Shown here: positions 51,731 to 64,000 of the stretch, piece after piece
Numbering within the stretch: position 1 is the stretch's first letter
Layout of the letters: each line of letters opens with the position of its first letter
Program-made: the position numbers and the translations under genes
The notes under the pieces: model-generated
The model's database searches: none
Told to the model about the DNA's origin: nothing
What the model saw: the letters and a program-made list of their open reading frames with translations, nothing else
From: Octopus vulgaris
Lineage: Eukaryota
NCBI GenBank assembly: GCA_951406725.2
Contig: OX597817.1
Location: 124,124,001-124,188,000, forward strand
DNA length: 64,000 nucleotides
Direction of reading: 5' to 3'

Positions 51731-51891
51731 TTCTTATTTTTATTTTCCTAAAATTTTCGTTGCATCTTGCAAACTTTTCAATAGTCTTGACTCAAGACTA
51801 ATAGTCTTGACTCAAGACTAATAGTCTTGAGTCAAGACTATTGACAAGGTTGCAAGACGAAACGAAAATTTTAGGAAAATAAAAATAAGAA
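51731..51891. repeat. Inverted repeat whose centre is three tandem 20-bp self-complementary units
   Basis: ATAGTCTTGACTCAAGACTA x2 plus ATAGTCTTGAGTCAAGACTA at 51781-51840, with ~50-bp outer arms. Confidence 0.9.
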
Positions 51892-52251
51892 ATTCCTTGG
51901 ATTATGTTATCCCTTTTGATTACTTTACAAAGTAAACTCAATATTTACCCTTAGTTATGCCACCCTACCTGAAGAACAGATTGCACCAGGAAGAACATCA
52001 AGATATAAAAAATCTGTCTCAATATGTATAATCCAACTCATGCTCTATAGAAAAATGGATGTGAAACACTCATTAAGGAATGAGCATGTGCAATGTATCT
52101 TGCTTCTGCCATTAGACTGTATCCATAATAGGGTTCTGCTTAGAATGATTTTAATCATTGATATTGATACTAGTAATATTTGTGTCTTTATCTTTACTAG
52201 TTTTAGCTCGAGAGCTGCAGCTATGCTGGGGGAGTGCTGTTAAATAACAAA

Positions 52252-52323
52252 TTTCCACACCAGGAATTGAGCCAGGGCCACCTAGGTGAAAGCCAGGAAT
52301 CCTAACCTCTAAACCACATGGGA
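52252..52323 (-). pseudogene. tRNA-Glu (TTC) pseudogene
   Basis: Minus strand TCCCATGTGGTTTAGAGGTTAGGATTCCTGGCTTTCACCTAGGTGGCCCTGGCTCAATTCCTGGTGTGGAAA resembles metazoan tRNA-Glu but has a broken B-box/T-loop and stem mismatches. Confidence 0.8.
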
Positions 52324-52993
52324 TACTTATATATTTTAAGCTTGGTTATTATTTCATAACAATATTCATTACACCACTTGTGGAGGCACATGGCCTTGTG
52401 GTTAGAGCTGCAGACTAACGGTTGAGGGATCACGGGTTCAAATCTCAGACCAGGCGATGTGTGTGTTTATGAGCGAAACACCTAAGCTCCATGCGGCTCT
52501 GGCAGAAGGTAATGGCGAACTTCTTCTGACTCTTTCGCCATAACTTTCTCTCACTCTTTCCTCCTGCATCTTGCAGCTCACCTGGGATGGACTGGTGTCC
52601 CATCCAAGTGGGGAACCTATATGCCAAGGAAACCGGGAAACCGGCCCTTATGAGCCAGGCAGGGCTCGAGAAGGAACGAATGAACGAACACCACAAGTTA
52701 CCAGGCATAAACACTGACAGCAATTTTTCAAGTAGGTTAAGCATAAAAGCTGACAATGACATAATGCAAACACACATTCATACCTGCACATGAGTGCAAC
52801 TGCACACAAATCATAGCCATCACTTGTAGATGAACATGACCTGTTTAGTATGTAACATGCTTTTCACAACCCCAGCAGAATATTGAAGATGTGCAAGCTG
52901 TTGGGAGAAAAAGCTGCACCAGTACTTGGCTGGTATTCAATCTTCAGTTTTGTAGACTGGAGCAATGTGAGATAAAGTATTTTGCTAAATGAT

Positions 52994-53032
<39 letters not shown>

Positions 53033-53835
53033 GTTTAACGTCCGCTTTCCATGCTAGCATGGGTTGGACGGTTCAACTGGGGTCTGGGGAACCCGAAGGC
53101 TGCACCAGGCCAGTCAGATCTGGCAGTGTTTCTACAGCTGGATGCCCTTCTTAATGCCAACCGCTCCGAGAGTGTAGTGGGTGATTTTATGTGCCACCGA
53201 CACAGGTGCCAGACGAGACTGGCGGACGGCCACGCTCGGATGGTGTTTGTTACATGCCCACAGCATGGAGGCCAGACGATGCGGTACTGGCTACGGCCAC
53301 GTTCGGATGGTTTTCTTATGTGCTACCGGCACTGGTACCACAAAGATACAAATTCCATTGATGTTCATCTATTTTGATTTGGTTTGATATAATGGTTTCA
53401 AATTTTGGCAAATGGCCAGCAATTTTGATGATGGGGTAAGCCAATCTCATTGACTCCAGTGCTCAACTAGTACTTATTTCATCAGTCCTGAAAGGCAAAG
53501 CTGACCCTAGCACAGTTTGAACTCAAAATGTAAACAGATGAAATGCCACTAAGAATATTGCCTGGTGTGCTAACGATTCTGTCAGTGCACTGTGACATAA
53601 TACCATCAACTTATCCAGAACTCACAATCTCATGATAGTTAGCTCAATATACTAACCATTAGGCTATAGGCTATGTACCTTCAGTTTATACATACGTGTA
53701 TACACAGAATAGATTTACAGAGAATTTTTGTCTATTTCATTCAGAAGGCTTTGGTCAAACTGGAGCTTGAGTAAAAGACACCAACGTAACCTTCTGAATC
53801 TATAACTATATCCGTGCCAATCTCTATCTATCTAT

Positions 53836-53884
<49 letters not shown>

Positions 53885-54681
53885 TTTTTTATATATTCAT
53901 ACACACATATACATGATTCTCTGATTTGTTTTAGTCCCTACAACAGGACCATGATGGTAGGAGTTTGGGGTAGAGGGAGAGAGAGAGAGAAAGGGAGAGA
54001 GAGAGAGAGGAAATAATTCATAGAAATAATTTTACTTGCTATAATATTGTATAATATAACCTTTATATATTAACTTACGTAAATAATTTAATTAACATAC
54101 AGAAAATAGATAGCACTTGTTTAAAACTTATATAACTAGTGTACTAACCTAAGATAAAACCAGTTAATTCTTTATTCATATAACATTCCTATCAGATTTG
54201 TGACATATAAGCACAGTAAGAAATTATGTTCTATTTCCTTCTATAAATAAAGGATGAATTAAAAATTAACAGTTACTTATTTTCTTTTAATTTTACTAGA
54301 ACTTCTTTTGAATGCACACATATTTTTCAACACTTTTTGATATTGTTTGTTTTTACTTCTCTTGCTGTAAGCTAATACTGATAAAAGAATACATAGGAAT
54401 TTATTTCTGTCAGAATACCATAAACATTTTACTTTTTCTATTTGATAAGATTTCAATCTGTTTATATTTTATATAATTCTATTTTTCTCATATTTTATAT
54501 ATTTTTTTCCCATCTATTTTTGCAAATATATTCAGTTGTTTTTTTTTTGTTTTTGATATTCTTCTTACACAGCTTTCTGATACAGAAATACAACTCATAT
54601 TTTAGATTTTCAGATAAAGACACCTTACTGTTTCACAAGCTGGCATCAATATGTGACATCGACTAATCTATGTGCACTTAC

Positions 54682-54781
54682 CTTTACTGTAAGCATTCTT
54701 CAAACTTTGGTGTATTCCAGCTGCTCTCCATCTTTTGCTGTTTGAGTATTTCACAGAAACAAGATCTGTCATCACAGACAT
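54682..54781 (-). other. Candidate 100-bp spliced exon of an unidentified transcript
   Basis: Minus strand TTTTCATTCAG|ATGTCTGTG...AGTAAAG|GTAAGT; one frame is open; more GC-rich than the flanks; no recognisable protein. Confidence 0.3.
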
Positions 54782-56369
54782 CTGAATGAAAATCTTAACT
54801 CCTTGATGCATGAATGACTTAAAGATGCATAGACTGCCAAGGCTGCAGAGACTGCAGTGCATTGCGTGTGAATTATATGGCAGAAATGCATTCATGAATT
54901 TAACCATCCCCACTCCTCTCACTCACTCAAATCCATTTTTTCTCTTTTTATTATCATTTTTTGTTTTTTACATTGAAAACTATATGCTTAACAATATTTA
55001 TTTTCTTTTTTAAATATCTATATGTTTCTATTTTGATACAAATACTCATATCTTTAGAAATACTGACATATATATGACTACTTATCTGAACTCTTTCTAT
55101 ATGATTAGGTTTTCAATAATCAAAATACACACAAGTACAAAAGTTGAGTTCTCACTGTATATGTTAACAAGCACTAAGGGAAAATTTACTGCACCAAATT
55201 CTTTCACCATGTGATAAATACATTTTCAGCCAGATATTCAAATTTGAAGAAGTATAATATAAAATTTTCAATTATTGTTTTCATATTTGATTTTTTTTTT
55301 CTCCTTTGGAAGATAGTGTTGATGACGATTGAAAATGATGGAGTGGTGTTCTCACGACAACCATATTGTGATTTGTTTTTGTTGTTTTTTCTTTCTTTTA
55401 CTGTTGAATTTTATAGAAAATTGAGACAGTTACTTTAAATAGATATAATTACAGCGTATTAATTTATAATGAAATAGGAATTCAGGTAGTTGTTGCTGGC
55501 CCAAAACTTTGGTTTCTAATGTTGATGAAAATGGAAAAGTAGGGAAAAGTTGATATGAAGCTAAGTCATGTAATAATTCTATTTCCTAAAATTTTCACAA
55601 TTGCAGTTCGTGTCTCCTTTCAGGTGTTATAATAAACAGAGAAATCATATAAATGTTATCCACCCACACCAAAGGACAAAATATCATGTTCATTGATTAA
55701 TGAAGAATATATTTAACCAATTTCATTGCTATTTTCCAAATGTCATTCCTCCGTTTAGAGATTTTAATTAATTTTAAATATTAAAAAAAAAAATTAAAAA
55801 TTTGATAAAATAAATTTCCATTCTTATTCATAATTATAGTGGAAGGGTTTAATTTGAATATGAACACATTAATATGAAAGGTTTCGTATCATATAACCAG
55901 AGATAGTTCCATGCAGATTGATGTTAAAAGTGTTAACTGAGCGAAGCCAAGAAATAGCTTAATTCATAAGAGTAGGTTAACTAATAGAAGCCAATAAGTG
56001 GTTTAAACACCTAATTTCTTAAAACCAGTATTTTCATTTACATTTAAATCATGGCATTTTATCACTTTAAGTCCTTTGAATACATAATTGGAATTTTAAC
56101 ATATGGTCATCTGGGATTGAAATAGTTTCCAATTAAGACAAACATTTATCTGTATCATTAACCAGGCAATGATCAATGTGTGTATTGAATGACAAGTAGT
56201 AAAAGTTTTCCTCTCAAAAAAGTGGAAAGAAGGCAGAAATGCTGAACTGTGGGAATATATGTTGGTATGTAGGCCAAACCATCATAATGGAATTAACTAT
56301 ATGTCCTTTGGCAAAGTAGTGCAGTGGGACTTAAATTATTTATAAATTAACTGCAAGCCTTAATAAATT

Positions 56370-57344
56370 AGTCTGGTGAGATTGATATAGTCATTACTAT
56401 TACAGCCTCTATCACTGCTGCTGCTACTACTAACAGCCACTTCCTAATAGTAATATCCCAAGTAAGAAGCAAAAGACAGTTGCCACTGTTTTACCTGTGA
56501 CTACTACTTCAATCACAATGACAGTAACAACAACCCAGCAACTACTTGCTACTAGAACCCCAGTATAAGTGTCCAATATGTCCATGCTTTAAGGTGGTCC
56601 AATATGTAGGAAAGTATGAGTCTGGATTTTTACTAATTCTGCACATTTTGCTTGAACTTTTTAAGATCCACATTGGCTAATGTCTTTCTAAAGAAGTTTC
56701 TTTGAAATAATGGTGGCTAATTATTAAAATAATTGGGATCAAGTAATTTTTACATTAACATGTGAGCACTTAAGGTTCTAGCTGTTTAGTTGAGCACACA
56801 CATCATCTATGATATTTTCACTGATTTAAGGGACTGCACTCATTAAAAGTCTAAAATACTATATTATATTCTCTAACATCAAAACAGCCATCAAACTTCC
56901 TTACCACCCATACTGCAGCTGATTCTTTTGATCCTTTGTCAAAAATAATCTCGACCAACATTTCAAAATCTCCCTCATGGACAAAAGTAACTATTTACAT
57001 TTTTATCAAAATACACTACAGGCTTCAAACTTTTTATAACATGATTTAATTATGCTAGAAAAAAAAAAAGGGAAAATAGATTGACACAAGCTAAATTAAA
57101 TTAACCTCTCATGATATCAGTTTTAGAAGTTTGCATATTTTTCTTACAAAATTCACATGGTGCTGGTAGTTGCTGGGTTGTTGTTACTGTTATTGTGATT
57201 GAAGTAATAGTCACAGGTTAAACAGGGGCAACTGTCTTTTGCTTCTTACTTGGGATATTATTATTAAGAAGTGGCTGTTAGTAGTAGCAGCAGCAGCCGT
57301 GATAGAGGCTGTAATAGTAGTGACTATATCAATCTCACTAGACT
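56370..57344. repeat. Inverted pair of ~175-bp segments (56370-56545, 57166-57344)
   Basis: ATATCCCAAGTAAGAAGCAAAAGACAGTTGCC vs GGCAACTGTCTTTTGCTTCTTACTTGGGATAT. Confidence 0.9.
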
Positions 57345-58020
57345 TGATAAATTCCTAGAAAAGAATTATCCACTGTCCTTAATTGAATTACAGAATACAA
57401 CAAGCCAAGCATACAACATCCAGGAACTAAAGCAAGCAAAAACAGAAAATATTCCCACCTATCCTAAAATCAGTGAGGCATAAAACATCATATTCCAAAC
57501 GAAATCAATGCTGAAAAAGGGCCCCAGGATGAACGAAATCCTTAAAAAATATACGATGATAAGTAAAAGTAAAAGACAGTTCAAATCAATGAAAACAATA
57601 CAAACAACAACTAAACTTCCCCCAATAATAACAGATCCAACAGCAAAAATATGTCAAAGATCCAAATGTGGTATATGCTTAAATCCGGACAAGGATTGGA
57701 GATCTATTTTAAACCAGAACAACCCGTCATAATAAAAATAATTTCACTTCTGTCTCTGAAAACTTAATCTATGCAATTAAATCTTCAAGACGTAGGGATA
57801 ACCACCACTTAGGGGAGACCAGAACCTCCCTTAAGACAATGCATGTGAATCACAAATTAAGATACCGAAATATAGACAAATAAGACTCCATGAACATATA
57901 AACATGTGTGCAGGTAGGAAACAAACAAATTTTGCAATTTTCCCTTTATAATAATTTGGCAATTGCGCAATACAACAGAAATCCATCAACAAATAAAACT
58001 TTTATAAATACTAACCACAT
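57345..58020 (+). mobile_element. Penelope-like element remnant (linker and GIY-YIG endonuclease)
   Basis: KICQRSKCGICL (Cys linker), then across frameshifts ENLIYAI...HLGETRTSL and PKYRQ..HEHINMCA...FAIFP. Confidence 0.7.
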
Positions 58021-58942
58021 CAAAGCCTCTGTGGGAGAGAAAGGATGACAGTTACAAAAACTTCTATGGTTTCTGCTGATGCTGCTGTCATTACAGTTCT
58101 ATAATTTCTGCTACAGGTGCCACTGTCACTACCTATTTCTTTACTATCCACAAGGGGCTAAACACAGAGGGGATAAACAAGGACAGACAAACGGATTAAG
58201 TTGATTGCATCTACCCCAGTGCGTAACTGGTACTTATTTAATCGACCCCGAAAGGATGAAAGGCAAAGTCGACCTTGGCAGAATTTGAACTCAGAACATA
58301 GTGGTAGACGAACTACCACTAAGCATTTCGCCCGGCGTGCTAACGTTTCTGCCAGCTTGCCGCCTTGCCGCTGACACTACCACAACCATTACTACTGCAA
58401 CTATTGACTAAGCTGTTTCGCTAGTGAGACTGCTACAGTAACTACTATGGCTACCACTATTGCTGCTGCTACTACTACCAATAGCTACTCCTTAATGACA
58501 ACATCCCAAGTAAGGTACAAAAGATAAATGTTGATACTTAAACTGTTACTACTACAACTACGACAATGACGATGATGACTACGGCTACAACGACAACATT
58601 GCAGCCATCAGAAAGAAACTAACATATGCATTTTGTAAGGGAAATGTGAAGTTCCAGAACTGACATCATGAAAGATTAATTTAATTTAATTTATTTCTGT
58701 TTACTTTCCCTTTTCTTCTAGCATGTCTAAGTCTTCTTATAATATTGATTGAAACTGGTAGCATATCTTGATAGAAATGTAAATAGTTTCTTTACTTTGT
58801 CCATGATAAATAGATTCAAAGTATATTCTTTCTGTTTCAACACACACACATCACACATACACACACACATACACACACACACACACACACTCACTCACAC
58901 ACTCACTCACTCACTCACTCACTCACTCACTCACTCACTCAC

Positions 58943-58979
<37 letters not shown>

Positions 58980-59494
58980 GGACCTTACTTTGCTGAGATT
59001 GATAAGTCTTCTTGAACACTGAATTGCCAATCCTCTTGGTTTTCTTGTCATGCCCTCTGAGGGCCTTCTTCACTTCTTCATCCCACACTTTCTTGGATTT
59101 CTCTCATCCACAAATTCAAGCCATATTTAGCGCCCAGAGAAGATGAAATATTGGTTTCAAATTTTGGCACAAGGCCAGCATTTATGAAAGGCAAAGTTGA
59201 CCCGGACAGAATTTGAACTCAGAATTTGGAGGGAGACAAAATACTGCTGTTTTTCCTAGTGTGCTGACAGTTACACCAGTTCACCACCTTAAGAAGAAGA
59301 AGAAGAAGAATTATTGCAAGCAACAAATACTGACTCTCATTGAAGGATGAACAAAATAATTAAAACTGCTGGTCTGTTAGGTTATATGTATGTATGTATG
59401 CATGTATGTATGTGTGTGTATATGTTTGCACATATGTAAGTATGTATGGATATATGTGTGTATGTGTGTGTGTGTATACATATTATATATATAT

Positions 59495-62300
59495 CATCAT
59501 TATCATGTAACGTCCGTTTTCCAAACTGATCTGGGTTGGACGGCTTGACAGGGGCTGGCAAGCCAGGAGGCTGCACCAGGCTCCAATCTTATCTGGCAAG
59601 GTTTCTACAGCTGGATGGCCTTCCTAATGCCAACCACTCCAAGAGTGTAGTGGGTGCTTTTCACATGCCATTGGCATGGGAGCCAGCTAAGCTGCACTGG
59701 CATTGGCCACATTCAGGTGGTGCTATTTAGGTATCACCATCACAGGAGCCAGTTGGCATGGGGTGGCTGACATCGACCACTTTCAGATGGTGATTTTCAT
59801 GTGCCACCAGCATGGGGAGCCTGTCAGGAGGCACTGGCTTTGACCCACACATGAATGGTGCTTAGTGCATCAGCTAACTACAATATCCATTTTGAGTTCG
59901 ATTTGACTGAGATTCTGTTTGGGATTTTGATTTTACTTGACTCAATAGGTCTTCTCAAGCAAGGTGTGTCCCCTGACAAGTCAAAGGTATTTTTTAAATG
60001 AGCTGGTTATGCGACACTGGTATAGGCTATGTCTGTGATCTCACTTTACTTGCCGAGTCTTCTCAATTACTGCATATCTCCAAAGGTCTTGGTCTCTTGT
60101 CATTGCCACTGTGAGGCCCAACGTTTGAATGTCATGCTTCACCACCTCATCCCATGTCTTCCTGGGTCTCCCTCTTTCACAGGTTCCTTCCAATGTTAGG
60201 GAGAGACACTTCTTCACACAGCTGTCCTCATCCGTACACAGGACATGCCCATATCAGTGGAGTTGTCTTTCTTGTATACCACATCCGATGCTTCTTATGG
60301 CCAACATTTCTCCCAGGGCGCTTCCACTCTGTTGTGTATGCACAATGACATTGCACATACAGTGGATCATACTAGCTTCATTTCTTTCACACCTACATAA
60401 ATCCACAACAGTTATGGCCCATATTTCACTACTGTGTAGAATGGCCGTTCGCACACATGAATCATTCAATCTACCTTTCACTCTGAATGAGAGGCCCTTT
60501 GTCACCAGCAGAGGTAGGAGCTTTCTGAACTTTGCCCAGGCTATTCTTATTCTAGTTCTGGTAGTGATTCAGCTATGAGAGAAAGGTCATCAGCATAGAG
60601 GAGCTCCAAGAAGCAACCTGTCTTGAATATTCATTCCCACTACAGACTTGGTCACCTAGGTAGCAGAAGTTATCAACTACTTCTAGTTTCTCCCCCTGGT
60701 ATGTGATGGAATCTGTTTTTTGAACATCTTTGGTGTTTATTGCCCCCTGTACATTTGCCGTACACAAAAACTATTTTCCCAGTTAACCTTCCTTTGATGT
60801 TGCTGAACCTCTTATGTATCCATAGCTTACACTGAGTACATCTTATTGAGTTTCTACCTTCACCTTTTCTACAGATTGAGCAGGGCCTTTTCCCTGAAGG
60901 GGTTTGTGATTTGTTTGCCTTCCTACTTACTAGGACTTCGGTTTTTGCTACATTGACTCTAAGGCCCTTCGATTCTAGACTGTGCTTCCACACATGAAAT
61001 TTCATCTCTAGTTCTGGTAGTGATTCAGCTATGAGAGCAAGGTCATCAGCATAGAGGAGCTCCCAGAGGCAACCTGTCTTGAATTCCTCTGTTATTGCCT
61101 GTAGGACTATGATGAATAAGAGTAGACTGAGGACCCCTACTTCTACCCGAAACTCTTCACTGAACTATTTGCTGACCCTTACTTTACTGACAGCATCCCT
61201 GTACATGGGTTGTACAACTCTTACTAACCTCTTGTCTATCCCTAGTTTCCGCATCACCCACCAGATAAGAGATTGAGGGACCCTCTCAAAGGCTTTCTCC
61301 AAGTCAACAAAAGCCAAGTATAAGGGTTTATCTTTGGCTAGGTATTTTTCCTGCAGTTGCTGTACCAGAAATATAGCATCAGTAGTGCTTCTACCTGGCA
61401 CAAAACCGAACTGCATCTCATCTATGTTGATTCTCTCCCTAATTAGTTAGGCTATGACCCTCTCTGTGAACTTCATCACCTGCTCCAGCAATTTGGTACC
61501 CCTGTAATTATTTCTATCTAAAACATCACCTTTGCCTTTGTAGCAGTTGACTATGGTGCTGCTTCACCAGTCATTGGGTATCACTTCTTAATGAACTACC
61601 TGATTTACAATACGAGTGACTAGAACATAACCCATACTACCAAATATTTTAAGCATCTCAGCAGTGATTCCTGATGGGCTAGGGGCTTTTCCTGAGTTCC
61701 TATCCTTAATTGCTTTATCTACCAGGGTGCTATTCATTTGAGTAGTTGGTCTATCAACTGGGTTAATATTTGGCAGGCTCTCCTCCTCCCATTCATTTTC
61801 CACATTCAGCAGCCTTTCATAATAGTATCTCCAAGCCTCTTTCTTTGCAAAATCATTAAAAGTAAGTGCACCATCATCCATGCAGACACATTTCTCTCCT
61901 GTAACATCACAATTTTCTCTCTCACACTGTCTTGCAATTCGAAATACTTCAGTTCTTTGGTCGTCACGTCACTGAATATTGGCAAACTTCTTTTCTGCTT
62001 CTTCCTTGGCTATATATACCTGTCTTCCAGCCTCCCTTCTGGCTATCTGGTAAAGTTCCCTGCTACCCTAACTCTTCCAGGTTTTACAAGCGTGTTTCTT
62101 TGCTCTGATGGCCTTGTCTACAGTATTATTCCACCACCACTTTACCCTAGGTCTGGAAGGGACTTTGCACCAGTCACAGATTTGGTCTGTGGTGCTTAGT
62201 AAGCTGTTACGTAGGAATTTCCAGTTACCCTCTATGGAGCATACACTAGAAAGGAAAGTGTTGTTGAAGAGGTCACAGATGTGTGACAAAAGATTTCTGG
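59495..62300 (-). mobile_element. 5'-truncated decayed RTE-clade LINE with 3' UTR and tail
   Basis: WWWN, GKAPSPSGI, MQFGFVPGRSTTDAIF, AFVDLEKAF, LLYADD, KGLRVNVAKT, and the PCSICRK..SIRCTQCKLWIHK zinc-finger insert. Confidence 0.9.
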
Positions 62301-62408
62301 ACAATGGACATGAGTTAGAATAATAACAGTAATAAATGAGTGAAGAATGAATATACAGTGCATGTGTTTATTTGACAAAGAAAAAATGACCGTCCCGAAA
62401 TACAACAC

Positions 62409-62452
<44 letters not shown>

Positions 62453-62544
62453 TATGTGTATATGTGTGTGTATGTATGTATGTGTGTATGTATGTATGTA
62501 TGTATGTATGTATGTACGTATGTACGTACGTACGTACGTACGTA

Positions 62545-64000
62545 CTAGCAGAGCCACCTGGCGTTGCCCAAGAATGAAATTTTTCCTTACATATTAGAAG
62601 AAAAGAGGAAAATATGTTGTAGAGAAATTTGTTATTCTAAATTCAATTTATTCTTCAATTGGGATACTATTTATTCTTTAAATTGGGAAATCAATTCTGA
62701 ATTTATAATACAAATTATTATATACGAAAATACAAAATTTACCACTTTTATAAAAGGAGATAAATTCTACCACATATGTTGAAGGAAATTATGTGAGAGT
62801 TTCTGGGTAAACAACATTCCTTGTTTTCTGGTTTGGAGCATAGACAAAGTTGACCATGAGAAAAGCAAGCCAGTAGATTTCAAAGACTAACCTTGCGCTT
62901 TATTAATAGACATTGCAAAGCAAAGTCACATTGGGAATTGTGTTCATTTGAATTCAAAGTGCATGTCTGTTGGTTTTATTGGAATTCTTGGAACGAAAAC
63001 CTTTTCCCCAGACACATCCAGAGATGATGGTAGTTCTTATCACATTAAGTGATAATGTCTTCACAATCAAACTTATCCCATTGCATAATTTAGGAGGATC
63101 TAAATTTGTTAGAAGCATTATTGGAACTTCTGCCTTCAGAAAAATTTTATGTGGAGGAATTCCAGGTGGCTCAAGAGAATTAAGGAACTCTGTTGGGTAA
63201 TGGACAGCTTGATTTTCATCAAGGACTGAATCAACTGATTTGTACTTCTTAATGACTATTGGAATTTTATGCATTAATTCATGAAGAATTTTTGCTACTG
63301 TTTCATTTTTTGGAGTAAGAATTACTCTTTCACACAACCATGTTTGTGGATCATAATTACTACCTAAGTCTGGCAATATCCTGTTCTTCAGTTCAGCTGA
63401 AGAATTCACCATGATAGCAATATGAGCCAAATTGACATCACCATTCCCATCAAATGGTACTTTCCCATTCCCTAATTGGCGGAGCCAGGTTGAAAACCGT
63501 TTTGCACATTGGTTCCCATGTAATGAAGCTCACACGCTAGTATTGAAAGAGGATTTCAATACTTTATTCCATAGGTGTGAAGACTTAATGCATGCTTTTA
63601 TTTCATCAGATCTTGTTCATCTCAGAATGAGTGGTAATGTCTGTCTCAAGTCTCCTGATAAAAGTGATGTAACTCCTCCCATAGATTTATTGTTGCCTCT
63701 GATGTCCTGTAAGGTCTTACTAAGATATGGTGCATTCATCCCAAATGATAGGTGGCATTGGCACAACACTTCTGCTGAAGCTAAACCTTTGCTAATGTTA
63801 CAAATTAGATTACCTTGTGACCATGTTTAGTGGTAATTTAAAAGCAGAATGAGCTGTTCGTCCTCCTGGGAGAATGCTGACAACAAAGCCAGACAATGGT
63901 ACAGCAACTGCAATTTCTCTTTTGTTGTCTTACATTGGAGAGAAGCAACGTTACAAATGTTTTACCTGTGTCACCAGGAATATCAAGAAACATCTGCTTT
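62545..64000 (-). mobile_element. Helitron 3' portion (Pif1 helicase pseudogene), continues past the window
   Basis: ORF 62954-63430 has VILTPKNE, YPTEFLNSLEPPGIPPH, PIMLLTNLDPPKLCNG. 3' end GGGCAACGCCAGG..CTAG|T. Confidence 0.9.

Noticed and set aside
51781-51840. CRISPR-like palindromic repeats
   Set aside because: No spacers, no cas genes, eukaryotic context.
51836-51880. TTGACAAG-GTTGC..AAC-GAAAATTTTA as a hammerhead
   Set aside because: The core deviates and no stem I can be formed.

Overview
AT-rich, repeat-dense eukaryotic DNA. The tRNA-derived SINE families, RTE tails and (TA)n/(CA)n tracts suggest a cephalopod, probably Octopus (inference). No host protein-coding gene can be confidently called. 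The main feature is a ~12.5-kb head-to-head inverted structure at 757-13244. It is built from a ~355-bp tandem repeat carrying a type I hammerhead ribozyme motif (retrozyme-like), plus two near-identical full-length ~5.5-kb Tx1/L1-clade non-LTR retrotransposons. Each retrotransposon sits at the same position of the repeat, flanked by a 17-18-bp target duplication (C)TTCATCGAAGACCGGTG in the 5' arm of the ribozyme's extended stem I, and empty target sites lie in neighbouring units. The rest of the window holds an apparently intact tRNA-Asn(GTT), a decayed tRNA-Glu, RTE, Penelope, Helitron, mariner/Tc1 and piggyBac-MITE remnants, many SINEs, a 2.2-kb tandem duplication and several fold-back repeats.
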